Shown: piece after piece, positions 19,688 to 28,016 of the stretch
Layout of the letters: the number at the start of each line of letters is the position of its first letter
Position numbering within the stretch: position 1 is the stretch's first letter
From: a virus
IMG/VR virus record: IMGVR_UViG_3300034418_012856
Span: 1 to 64,000 of that record
Length of the DNA: 64,000 nt
Reading direction: 5' to 3' (one strand)
Program-made: the position numbers and the translations under genes
The notes under the pieces: model-generated
Database searches by the model: none
What the model saw: the letters and a program-made list of their open reading frames with translations, nothing else
Told to the model about the DNA's origin: nothing

Positions 19688-20486
19688 TATAGGAAAAGTA
19701 AAGGAAGATTACCAGAGAAAGCTAGACATATTCAAGGATCCCAAGTTTATATTTAACGAGTCGGCTCACACGTACCATTTTGAGGGGATCAAATACGATT
19801 CGGTAACCACATTTCTTAAAAGATTTAAAGTCCCTTTCGACAGGGAATATTGGGCAAATAGAAAAGCTCAGGAAAGAGGTGTCGATGTTTCTGTTGTAAA
19901 GGAAGAATGGCAACAAAAGGCAAATGTTGCTAATGTTTTAGGTACAGCGGTCCATAAATGGATAGAGGATTATTGGACTGGATTAAATCCGGAAACACCG
20001 GAAGACCCTGAAGTCAGAAGTAGGGTAGAAAAATTTTTAGCATTGAAGGATGAAAGGTTCCGGGATCTTGTTCCCTTAGAATCTGAGCTTAAGGTTTTTT
20101 CTAAAAAGTGGAGATTAGCTGGAACCGTGGATCAACCCTTTCTTATGTGGGACAAGAAAGAAAATAAGCTTTTGTTCCTCATCGGTGATTGGAAGACCAA
20201 TAAGGAATTTAAGGACGATAAGCATCCAAAGGGTAGATTCAAAAAACTTTTGCATCCTTTCGCGGATCTTTATGAGAATTCTCATAATGAATATTCCATA
20301 CAAATTAGCCTGTATAGGCTAATAATAGAGGAAGAAACTGGATTAGAAACCCATGGAGGTTTCCTTTGCCACATTGGACCTCAAGACAAACCTAAACTAT
20401 ATCCTGTAAAAGACTTACGAGAAAGACTTAAGATATATTTGCAACATAATCGGGAAGAATTCGATGTTTTCGATATCTCCGAGTGA
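19674..20486 (+). CDS. PD-(D/E)XK exonuclease (Cas4/RecB-like fold)
   Basis: SVTTFL, GTAVHKWIE, AGTVD, IGDWKTNK, YSIQISLY. Confidence 0.85.
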   Translation: MDLDNIGKVKEDYQRKLDIFKDPKFIFNESAHTYHFEGIKYDSVTTFLKRFKVPFDREYWANRKAQERGVDVSVVKEEWQQKANVANVLGTAVHKWIEDYWTGLNPETPEDPEVRSRVEKFLALKDERFRDLVPLESELKVFSKKWRLAGTVDQPFLMWDKKENKLLFLIGDWKTNKEFKDDKHPKGRFKKLLHPFADLYENSHNEYSIQISLYRLIIEEETGLETHGGFLCHIGPQDKPKLYPVKDLRERLKIYLQHNREEFDVFDISE

Positions 20487-20511
20487 AACATTACTGTTTA
20501 AATAACTAAAA
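20485..20511 (+). promoter_or_regulatory. putative ECF-type phage promoter GAAACA-N15-CTAAAA
   Basis: Matches the recurrent bipartite motif; upstream of 20528. Confidence 0.45.
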
Positions 20512-20527
20512 AATAAAAAGAAATCAA

Positions 20528-21049
20528 ATGGCAAAGTCAAAAAAACAAACACAGCCAAAAGTAGTAGAACTAGATGCTGACCAACTTGCAGATTCAGTAG
20601 GTGAAGAAGCTCTTTCCCGTTTAAATGAGGGAAGGATTAAAGCTGCTGAGGAAAACCTAGAAAATGCAAAAAAGAGAGTAGCTACCAAAGTTTATGCAGT
20701 CCAGTTTGAATCAATGTATCACATAGATAGATTTATCAGTTTTATGGAAAATGAGGCAGAATGGAAAGAAAAGGAGTCTCTTGGCGTTATTGAAATTTGT
20801 AAGGTTTTGGATAATCTAAAATCTGATGGCATTAAGAACAATATACTTTACCTACAAGCTTTGCCTTTAGAAGCAAGTCACTATTTTATATCTAAGCAAA
20901 GTGGTAAAGGACTTAAAGAAGCTAAGGAATTTATTTCCCTTTTGAAGCCTTTTGAACAAGGCCTGGAATCTGCAAAAGCTGATGCAAGAGAGATTCAGGA
21001 TTTAGAAAAAGAACTCGCCGCAGCTCAACAGGGGCTTGAATTAGCCTAG
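20528..21049 (+). CDS. hypothetical helical protein
   Basis: 173 aa ORF with A-rich leader; followed by a terminator. Confidence 0.65.
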   Translation: MAKSKKQTQPKVVELDADQLADSVGEEALSRLNEGRIKAAEENLENAKKRVATKVYAVQFESMYHIDRFISFMENEAEWKEKESLGVIEICKVLDNLKSDGIKNNILYLQALPLEASHYFISKQSGKGLKEAKEFISLLKPFEQGLESAKADAREIQDLEKELAAAQQGLELA

Positions 21050-21074
21050 AGCACACTATACAAAACCATTATCT

Positions 21075-21108
21075 AAAATAGGCCTTGAGTGATCTAGGCC
21101 TATTTTTT
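21075..21108 (+). terminator. Rho-independent terminator
   Basis: AAAATAGGCCT-loop-AGGCCTATTTT followed by Ts. Confidence 0.8.
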
Positions 21109-21129
21109 AGTGTATATGGATTTAGGTTA

Positions 21130-21137
21130 GATATATA
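21130..21137 (+). promoter_or_regulatory. putative late promoter GATATATA
   Basis: Directly after the terminator, upstream of 21162. Confidence 0.65.
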
Positions 21138-21161
21138 GTAAAACTAAAATTGTAAATAATC

Positions 21162-21455
21162 ATGGTACAAAAGATTAAAGACAACTTCCAATTCATAGTA
21201 TTAGGATTCCTAGTATTGGTTTTTTTCAGACAGTGCGGGGTAAACAGAGACATCGACCGTATTGAAAAGGAGCTCAAAGCATCCAACACAGAATTAAATA
21301 CCAAACTTGACTCGATCAACACCCTTACAAAGGCTGAGATCAGACATGAGATGAATCAGGTAATGTTCCAGTTCCTTATTTATGAGGATGATTTTGATAA
21401 GAAGAGAATATCTCTTTCGGAGATAAAAAATAAGATAGAAGCAAGTGAAGAATAA
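21162..21455 (+). CDS. small membrane-anchored coiled-coil protein
   Basis: N-terminal TM (FQFIVLGFLVLVFF) then Cys and a coiled coil. Confidence 0.6.
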   Translation: MVQKIKDNFQFIVLGFLVLVFFRQCGVNRDIDRIEKELKASNTELNTKLDSINTLTKAEIRHEMNQVMFQFLIYEDDFDKKRISLSEIKNKIEASEE

Positions 21456-22251
21456 ATCAAAACTGGTAAACGGATTTATCATAAGCACCTTCGTGTCTCT
21501 GTATTTGATGGTGTCTGTGATCTCCACTATCCACGTAATTGAATTTTTCGAGCTTTCTAACCCTTCTTGGTTAGCAATTTCTCTTGCAGTAGCTTTTGAA
21601 GTTGGTGCAGCAGCATCCCTGGCTTCCCTAATTGCAATGGAAAAAATGAATAAGTCACTCGTATGGTTTCTATTTATTTTATTAACTGCAATGCAAGCTA
21701 TGGGTAATACTTATTATGCCTTTGTAAATCTTGGTGACTATACCTCTTGGTCCGAGCTCTTCGGTATAATTGAGGAAGAGGAAATATTCCAAAAAAGAAT
21801 ATTATCTATAGTCTCTGGAGCAATCTTACCAATTGTAGCTTTAGGATTTATTAAGTCACTTGTTGACTACATTAAACCTGAAGATGATAAGATAGAAACC
21901 AAAGAGGATGCCGAAGAGGATTTAGAAGAAATCGATTCGTCAGAAAAAGATGAAGAGGAGGATTTAGAGAATCTCGAAGAATATCAGGACATAAGCGAGC
22001 CGCTTATTTACGACTCACATTGGAATGATATTAGTATTCCTGATAAGGATCTTTCCGTGGATAATTTACCAGAACAGGTTGATGAAGGTGATTTAGTAGA
22101 TGCTGGTCAAAGTGATTCTGAAACCTCAGAAGATGAAAAAAAACCAATATCAGAGGATAAAATTGAGATTGTAAACGTCAACTCAAATAAGAATAATCTT
22201 AGGAGAGTAGAAATGCCTACAGACCCTGATATAAATCCAACTAGGCTTTAA
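21445..22251 (+). CDS. multi-pass membrane protein with acidic tail
   Basis: About four hydrophobic segments in the first 145 aa; D/E-rich C-terminus. Confidence 0.65.
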   Translation: MKNKSKLVNGFIISTFVSLYLMVSVISTIHVIEFFELSNPSWLAISLAVAFEVGAAASLASLIAMEKMNKSLVWFLFILLTAMQAMGNTYYAFVNLGDYTSWSELFGIIEEEEIFQKRILSIVSGAILPIVALGFIKSLVDYIKPEDDKIETKEDAEEDLEEIDSSEKDEEEDLENLEEYQDISEPLIYDSHWNDISIPDKDLSVDNLPEQVDEGDLVDAGQSDSETSEDEKKPISEDKIEIVNVNSNKNNLRRVEMPTDPDINPTRL

Positions 22252-22253
22252 TA

Positions 22254-22928
22254 ATGAGCGAAAACACTGGAGATAGCTTTGAAATAATTGGAGGAGGATC
22301 TAGCAACGGCGGAACTGGATCAGGTACTCCTTTTGGGTATGGTAACAGTAACCCGGCTTTAACTACTGGTCAATCTGGACCATGGAATACCGAATATACG
22401 TTAATAGCAAACGACCCAGGATCTTTAAGGAGAGTAAATCTTACTTTTTCAAACTATAACGATCCACACGAGGTTAGGATATTTCAAACCTCTCTTAACG
22501 TCACATACCAGGCTGATATAGAGGAAAAATTAGATTTATCTGAATACTTTCACCCACTCCAGTCTTTTTCAAGCTACCAAAAGCAAACCTTTGTAATTTC
22601 TCCGGACTCCTCGATTAATCTGGACCCAGGTGATTTTGACACAACTTTAGGTGAGGTTAGTTTACTTATGGCAAGAGCACATTATAATGCTGATGCTGTA
22701 GAAGAACAAAGACTACTGTATTGGCATTATAATTCTGGTTTAAGATACATTATGTCAGATATGATGATGCTTACTGGTCAGGTTAAACCTGATGCTTCCT
22801 GGAAAGGATGGCAAACCTTACCAGATTTAGATGTGCAAGTTGGTTACACCGGTGCAGCAACCGGGGGTTTTGTTTTTTCAAATCCAACTGAATATCCGGT
22901 TAAACTAACAATATTAACTGCAAGCTAA
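22254..22928 (+). CDS. hypothetical probable virion protein (paralog of next gene)
   Basis: Ends GGFVFSNPTEYPVKLTILTAS; LLYWHY..MSDMMMLTG. Confidence 0.6.
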   Translation: MSENTGDSFEIIGGGSSNGGTGSGTPFGYGNSNPALTTGQSGPWNTEYTLIANDPGSLRRVNLTFSNYNDPHEVRIFQTSLNVTYQADIEEKLDLSEYFHPLQSFSSYQKQTFVISPDSSINLDPGDFDTTLGEVSLLMARAHYNADAVEEQRLLYWHYNSGLRYIMSDMMMLTGQVKPDASWKGWQTLPDLDVQVGYTGAATGGFVFSNPTEYPVKLTILTAS

Positions 22929-23473
22929 TGGCAACTAGACCTATTATATGTCCACCACAACCTATAGATGGATTTCTTTTTAGAAAGGATAAATTTGTAT
23001 TGGAGGAGGATTACAACATCACAAACTTCTTTGATTTCAGTGATCTCCAGGATGAGGTTATTTCTTATTCGAGATTAAGAGTGACATTGAAAAGAAATAA
23101 GAGCGTGAAAATTAGCCAGACTGATATAGGTGATGAGAATGGGTTTGTTAAATGGGTAGCTGTTAAGGTTAAATACCCAGCACCTAAAAATCCTATACTC
23201 TACGGTTCACAAACACCAATCATACCTGGAGTACCTACTCCTACTAATGGAACACCACAAGTTAAAAAATACATCTATTGGACATACAGGGGAAATACCT
23301 ACAATGTTGGTGAGATGATGATTTTAACTGGTAGTAAATTGGGATCAACTGATTCCGAAAAAACTGGATGGAATCTTAGCGAAGATTTCTTACCTTATGA
23401 AGATGGAGGTATAACCTTCAGCAACCCACACACCGATATTGACGTAAAGCTTGAAATTATAATAGCTAGATAA
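22928..23473 (+). CDS. hypothetical probable virion protein (paralog of previous gene)
   Basis: Ends GGITFSNPHTDIDVKLEIIIAR; YIYWTY..VGEMMILTG. Confidence 0.6.
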   Translation: MATRPIICPPQPIDGFLFRKDKFVLEEDYNITNFFDFSDLQDEVISYSRLRVTLKRNKSVKISQTDIGDENGFVKWVAVKVKYPAPKNPILYGSQTPIIPGVPTPTNGTPQVKKYIYWTYRGNTYNVGEMMILTGSKLGSTDSEKTGWNLSEDFLPYEDGGITFSNPHTDIDVKLEIIIAR

Positions 23474-23536
23474 TTTTTTCTAAAATTTTGACTTTAGTTG
23501 GAATATATAATGGAAAAGTTTCAATATCGCAGGTGT

Positions 23537-23544
23537 GATATATA
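23537..23544 (+). promoter_or_regulatory. putative late promoter GATATATA
   Basis: Upstream of ATG 23568; a second variant GAATATATA lies at 23501. Confidence 0.6.
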
Positions 23545-23567
23545 GAAAGCAAAAAAACACAAGTAGA

Positions 23568-26303
23568 ATGGACTTACTTAATCAATTAAAAACTCTTAGG
23601 GAAACAACCACTAACCCTGAAGTTAAATCTATTTGCGAATCTCATATTAATAAAATACAAAACGGGGAGAACGTAAATGAATCCGCAGTCCTTGAATCTG
23701 TTGATCAGGTTGTGAAGGAAAGCGAAGGCGAAAGCGCTGTGAATCCTATGGAGATGATCAGACAACAAGAAATTGAAAGATCTAAATCTGCAGCTCAGAG
23801 ATTAATGGAATCTTGGGGAGGCATTGGATCATCAACTTCAAGAAATTCCGGATCCTATGTAGATGCTGAAAAGAAAGAGATCGATAACGAAGTTAATAAC
23901 ATCTCCGAAAGCTTAAAAGAAGTTGCTGAGAAAGACCCAGCAGCAAAGGCTTTTGTTGACTCACAAACAGTAAATAACTTAGGAGTTTATGAGTCTATTC
24001 TTTCTCTTAAGGGCACTGGAATTTACGAGCACCCTAACGTTAAGATCCTTTGTGAAAAATATACACACCTACTGAAAAGCAATAACGTCCCTGAATATCT
24101 AGTTGCTGAATCTTTTGTACAGGAACTTCAGAACTTTAACTGGGACAATAAGATTAAGTCTGCAGTAGAATCTATTAGTGAAAAAGTCCAATCACACCTA
24201 CCTGAAATTGAGGTATCTAAAGCTCTTTACTCGATCGAGAAAAGCGCTGGTGCTGATTTCTACTCACCAGTAACTGAGTCTTTGAATAAGTGGTTAATTT
24301 CAGAGAACAAATCAGTTGCTCTACTTTCTAAGGAGCTATCAAGGTGGTCTTTTAACCCAACGGTTAGAAATCTTGTTAATTCACTTTCTTTGATGGAGTC
24401 ATCAGAAAGTAAATTAAGTATTCCAGTTAATAACGGAAATTCTTCAGTTAAGAAAGTTTACTCTCCGGTACATGTAAGTGGCGGTAAAACCGTGTTTACC
24501 ATTGGTAATAATGTCTTTGAAGGAAACTCTGAAGGAATTAAGAGGCTTAATAGAGCAGAATTTGAAGCTCTTCCAGCATCTTTTAGATCTTTATTAGAAT
24601 CTTTCTATTCTCCTATGGTTAAGATTAACGAAAATGGTCTTAGCTTCTATGTTGGAAACAGCAGCTTTAAGCTTGTTGAAGAAAACGATTCAGTTTCTAT
24701 CTACTCGAAAGAAACAAAGATCAACTTCAGTGACCTTAATCAACTTGCTAAGCAAGTAGCTTTGGAGATTTCTGGTAGCTTAGGAGTTAATGAAGCTAAA
24801 GCGGTTTCAGATCTTATTAATTTATATGAGAATTTCGAAAATATCGTTGAGTTGGATTTTGCTAAGAGATTGGAATCAAAGGTATTTGAAGGTGTATCTG
24901 TAAACCTTATTAAATGGAACTCAAACCTTTACCTTAACAGGATAAACGAGGGAATGAATGAGAATTCTCTATTTAAGGTTAACGGATCACAAGCTACCAA
25001 CATGGTTAAGGATTTGATGAAGTACGACATCTCTGAAGGATTAACAGAATTTTTGGATGGCGAGAACAGAATCAAGTCTATTATGCTTAACGATAGAAAG
25101 CAAATCATTGATAACATTTCTATTGTCGAGAATGAAATCAATAAGATTTCACATGCAATGGCTACAAACCCTCTTTACGAAAACTCAAAAGAAATGCACA
25201 GAGCCAAGCACATGCTTGAGCAAGAGCTTTCTTCATTGAGGAAAAAATGGGCGGCTGTTAACGAGGAGATCGAAAAGATTGAGTCAACTGCAACAGAGGT
25301 AAACGACTTAAACGAGGACGAGAAATTTACTGTAGGCGACTACGTGAAAGTAAAAGAGTCTGGTAATACTGGTAAGGTAATTTCAGTCGATAGCACTTCT
25401 GGATCTTATACAGTTCTTATGGACAACGGAAGAACTGGTGATTTCAGAATGGACGAGATCGTTGATATCGAAGAGGCATTAAAATCTGCTGGTGAAGAAA
25501 ACCAAGAAGCAGACGAGACTCAAGAAGAAATCAAGGAGCAAGAAATGGCAGTAGCTCCTGAAAAACAAACTGAATCTGCAAAAGATAAAACTCCTGCTGC
25601 TACACTTAAGGCTAATACTTCTGCAGCTCCTTCTGCTAAGGATCAAGAAGATGCTGGTAAAAAAGACATCGAAAAGGAAGATCATGCTAATTTAGAGGAA
25701 GCTCCAGAAGGTAGCGAGAAGGAAACCAAATATGACATAAAGTTAAAAGATTCTTTGGTTGACAAAATGGGATACAACGTGAATGAAAATTCTGAAGACG
25801 TTGAGTCTACTGAATCTGAAATGGCTGAGGCTCCTGCTGACGGTAACACTGAGTTATCCGAAAGAGACGTTGAAAACACGGATCAAAACCTAGCAGAAGC
25901 ACCAGGTGGAAGAGATCATGCAGATTACGATGTAAAAGCTGCTCATGCAGAGGAGAATAATCCTGACATGGTTAAAACAGACCCTGAAATGGCTTCAGCT
26001 CCTGGTGATGGCACAGATAAAGAAATGCATCACGAGGTTGGTAAAGAAATGGGATACAATCTTGATGAAGCCAACGACGTTGAAAAGACAGATCAACAAC
26101 TTGCAGTAGCACCAGGTGGTGAGCACAAAGCAGAATATGATGTTGAAGTTGCTAAAGCTGAAAAGGCAGTAGCGGATGTCATGAAGACAAACCAAGAATT
26201 GGCTGAAGCTCCTGCAGCAGGAACTGAAGCTGAAACTGATGTTGAGGTAAACCCAGAAATGGGATATAACATTGACGAAAGCGAAGAGTCAAAAAAAAAC
26301 TAA
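23568..26303 (+). CDS. large acidic prohead core / internal head protein with SH3-KOW-like domain and C-terminal repeats
   Basis: Many [LIV]xE sites; FTVGDYVKVKESGNTGKV; repeats (M/L)AxAPxG and MGYN(V/L/I)(N/D)E; ATG 23568 preferred because GTG 23535 overlaps the promoter motif. Confidence 0.55.
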   Translation: MDLLNQLKTLRETTTNPEVKSICESHINKIQNGENVNESAVLESVDQVVKESEGESAVNPMEMIRQQEIERSKSAAQRLMESWGGIGSSTSRNSGSYVDAEKKEIDNEVNNISESLKEVAEKDPAAKAFVDSQTVNNLGVYESILSLKGTGIYEHPNVKILCEKYTHLLKSNNVPEYLVAESFVQELQNFNWDNKIKSAVESISEKVQSHLPEIEVSKALYSIEKSAGADFYSPVTESLNKWLISENKSVALLSKELSRWSFNPTVRNLVNSLSLMESSESKLSIPVNNGNSSVKKVYSPVHVSGGKTVFTIGNNVFEGNSEGIKRLNRAEFEALPASFRSLLESFYSPMVKINENGLSFYVGNSSFKLVEENDSVSIYSKETKINFSDLNQLAKQVALEISGSLGVNEAKAVSDLINLYENFENIVELDFAKRLESKVFEGVSVNLIKWNSNLYLNRINEGMNENSLFKVNGSQATNMVKDLMKYDISEGLTEFLDGENRIKSIMLNDRKQIIDNISIVENEINKISHAMATNPLYENSKEMHRAKHMLEQELSSLRKKWAAVNEEIEKIESTATEVNDLNEDEKFTVGDYVKVKESGNTGKVISVDSTSGSYTVLMDNGRTGDFRMDEIVDIEEALKSAGEENQEADETQEEIKEQEMAVAPEKQTESAKDKTPAATLKANTSAAPSAKDQEDAGKKDIEKEDHANLEEAPEGSEKETKYDIKLKDSLVDKMGYNVNENSEDVESTESEMAEAPADGNTELSERDVENTDQNLAEAPGGRDHADYDVKAAHAEENNPDMVKTDPEMASAPGDGTDKEMHHEVGKEMGYNLDEANDVEKTDQQLAVAPGGEHKAEYDVEVAKAEKAVADVMKTNQELAEAPAAGTEAETDVEVNPEMGYNIDESEESKKN

Positions 26304-26479
26304 GAAAAATACTTAGTAAAGTTTGGGCTTTTGCTCCAACGGGAAAGGATCAGTCTGAAACACCAGAGCCTTTCGTCGATGAGATAAAAGATAAAATGAG
26401 CGTCGCCCCAGATGGAAAAGAACCAACTGGAGACACGCTCATTTCTTCTGAAGATGGATCTGAAGAGGATAAGGTCTAG
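26291..26479 (+). other. A9C slippery site and -1-frame C-terminal extension (59 codons)
   Basis: TCA AAA AAA AAC TAA; -1 frame open 26300-26479 reading LRKILSKVWAFAPTGKDQ...KMSVAPDGKEP...EEDKV*. Confidence 0.65.
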
Positions 26480-26482
26480 GCC

Positions 26483-26510
26483 GAAACTAACCTCGAGGTT
26501 TAAACTAAAA
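26483..26510 (+). promoter_or_regulatory. putative ECF-type phage promoter GAAACT-N16-CTAAAA
   Basis: Directly upstream of the gp55-like late sigma gene. Confidence 0.6.
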
Positions 26511-26533
26511 ATAATATAAGTATTAATAAGGTT

Positions 26534-26893
26534 ATGGCAAAGGCTTATGTAAAAAATAAAGACCTGTTGGCTGCTATTCTAGAGTCAAAGGAAAAAGGTG
26601 AGCTAACACCAGAGACCGTCGAGATGTTTGGTTTAATGGTTCAAGGCATTTCAAAAAAGATGGCTTACCGTGACCCAGACGATAAAGCTGATTGTATGGC
26701 TTTTGCTATGGAAGACCTTTGTAAATATTGGAACAGGTTCAATCCAGAAAAGTCGAATAATCCATTTGCATATTATACACAAATTGCAAAAAATGGGTTT
26801 GCAAAGGGGTGGAAGAAAATACATCCACCAAAGGCACCAAAAACGATTCCATTCTCTTACATAACAGGCGATGACAATACATATAATGTATAA
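26534..26893 (+). CDS. gp55: late-transcription sigma factor (T4 gp55-like, short)
   Basis: YVKNKDLL and RFNPEKSNNPFAYYTQIA match gp55 motifs. Confidence 0.8.
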   Translation: MAKAYVKNKDLLAAILESKEKGELTPETVEMFGLMVQGISKKMAYRDPDDKADCMAFAMEDLCKYWNRFNPEKSNNPFAYYTQIAKNGFAKGWKKIHPPKAPKTIPFSYITGDDNTYNV

Positions 26894-26895
26894 TC

Positions 26896-27381
26896 ATGCC
26901 CGATATAAAGAAAATAAAACCCAATGGGGACTATAAGTCTGGCTTATACGTTCCACAAAACCCGGACAAGTACATTGGTGACGTCCATAACATAATCTGC
27001 AGATCTTCTTGGGAATTCAGGTTTTGTCGTTATTGCGATACTAACGACAAAATACTTAAATGGAGTTCTGAACCAATCTCTATTCCTTATTACAATCCTT
27101 TGGATAAAAAAGAACACCAATATAATGTGGACTTTTATATGCAAGTTCTAAAGGACGATGAGCAAACTCAGGACTGGATAATAGAGGTCAAGCCAGAGAA
27201 GCACTTCAAGAAACCTATCCTTGAAGGAAATTCAACACTCAAGAAACTTAAGTCCTACAACCATAAAATGCAGATTTGGATTACCAACCAAGCCAAGTTC
27301 AAAGCAGCACAAAGATGGGCAGATGCTAGAGGATACAAATTTGGTGTGGTTGATGAGAATTTTTTATTTAAAAGCAAGTGA
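26896..27381 (+). CDS. gp4: head completion nuclease (T4 gp4, TnsA-like)
   Basis: PQNPDKYIGD, RSSWE..FCRYCD, WSSEP..IPY, YNVDF, IEVKP, NQAKFKAA. Confidence 0.88.
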   Translation: MPDIKKIKPNGDYKSGLYVPQNPDKYIGDVHNIICRSSWEFRFCRYCDTNDKILKWSSEPISIPYYNPLDKKEHQYNVDFYMQVLKDDEQTQDWIIEVKPEKHFKKPILEGNSTLKKLKSYNHKMQIWITNQAKFKAAQRWADARGYKFGVVDENFLFKSK

Positions 27382-27983
27382 AACCTTTTGAAGAGCAAAT
27401 TAAGGACCTAAGAAAGGAATCACAGTCGATTTCTAGCATTTCTAAGGAATCGAATGATTTGTTTAAGAAAAAATATGGACCGAATGGTTCTGGGGGAAGA
27501 CTAGAATTCAATGGAGATTTCATACCAGGTAAATTCTATACCTGCGAATATAAAACGAAAACCAAGATTTCTGATAAAGTTCCCTTTATTGATAGGGAGC
27601 CCGTTTTCATCTTTTTGAAAAAAGAGAAGTTCCAATCTGGATCTATAGCGGTATCTGTAGATCTTGGTGTCATCCCTCCTGATTATAGGGGTAATATTAT
27701 GGTTAAGTTGTGGAACCAGTATTATAATATATTTAAGGATAATGAGTCCTTACCATATACTTCCCAAATTCCCATACAAGGGATCAGTAGGGCATTTGAT
27801 GCTTTATTAAACGGTACTGGGTGGAAAACTTCTCTTACCGGATTTAAGCTCGATTTTATGAATAATATAAAGGTTGTGGACTATACTGATCTTGTCAGGA
27901 TCCCATATCTTTCTGATTTTATGATAGAGGGACAATCCATTAATGGGATATATAGTGATTATAGATCGAAATTAAATCTCTAA
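27378..27983 (+). CDS. DNA end protector-like protein (T4 gp2-like)
   Basis: PGKFYTCEY...PFIDREPVFI, DLGVIPP..R; adjacent to gp4. Confidence 0.55.
   Translation: MKPFEEQIKDLRKESQSISSISKESNDLFKKKYGPNGSGGRLEFNGDFIPGKFYTCEYKTKTKISDKVPFIDREPVFIFLKKEKFQSGSIAVSVDLGVIPPDYRGNIMVKLWNQYYNIFKDNESLPYTSQIPIQGISRAFDALLNGTGWKTSLTGFKLDFMNNIKVVDYTDLVRIPYLSDFMIEGQSINGIYSDYRSKLNL
27947..27954 (+). promoter_or_regulatory. putative late promoter GATATATA (within the 3' end of the gp2-like gene)
   Basis: About 65 nt upstream of the first portal gene. Confidence 0.5.
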
Positions 27984-28016
27984 GATAAAGTACAAAAGAC
28001 AGATCTTATTTTATAA

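Noticed and set aside
19674-20486. Cas4-like nuclease as part of a CRISPR-Cas system
   Set aside because: No other cas genes or array; stand-alone PD-(D/E)XK nucleases are common in phages
23535-23567. GTG start given by the ORF track for the 922-aa protein
   Set aside because: It overlaps the GATATATA motif; ATG 23568 with an A-rich leader is more plausible
26896-27381. TnsA-like protein as a transposon gene
   Set aside because: Context (gp55, gp2-like, portal) and motifs fit T4 gp4; no transposon ends or tnsB/C
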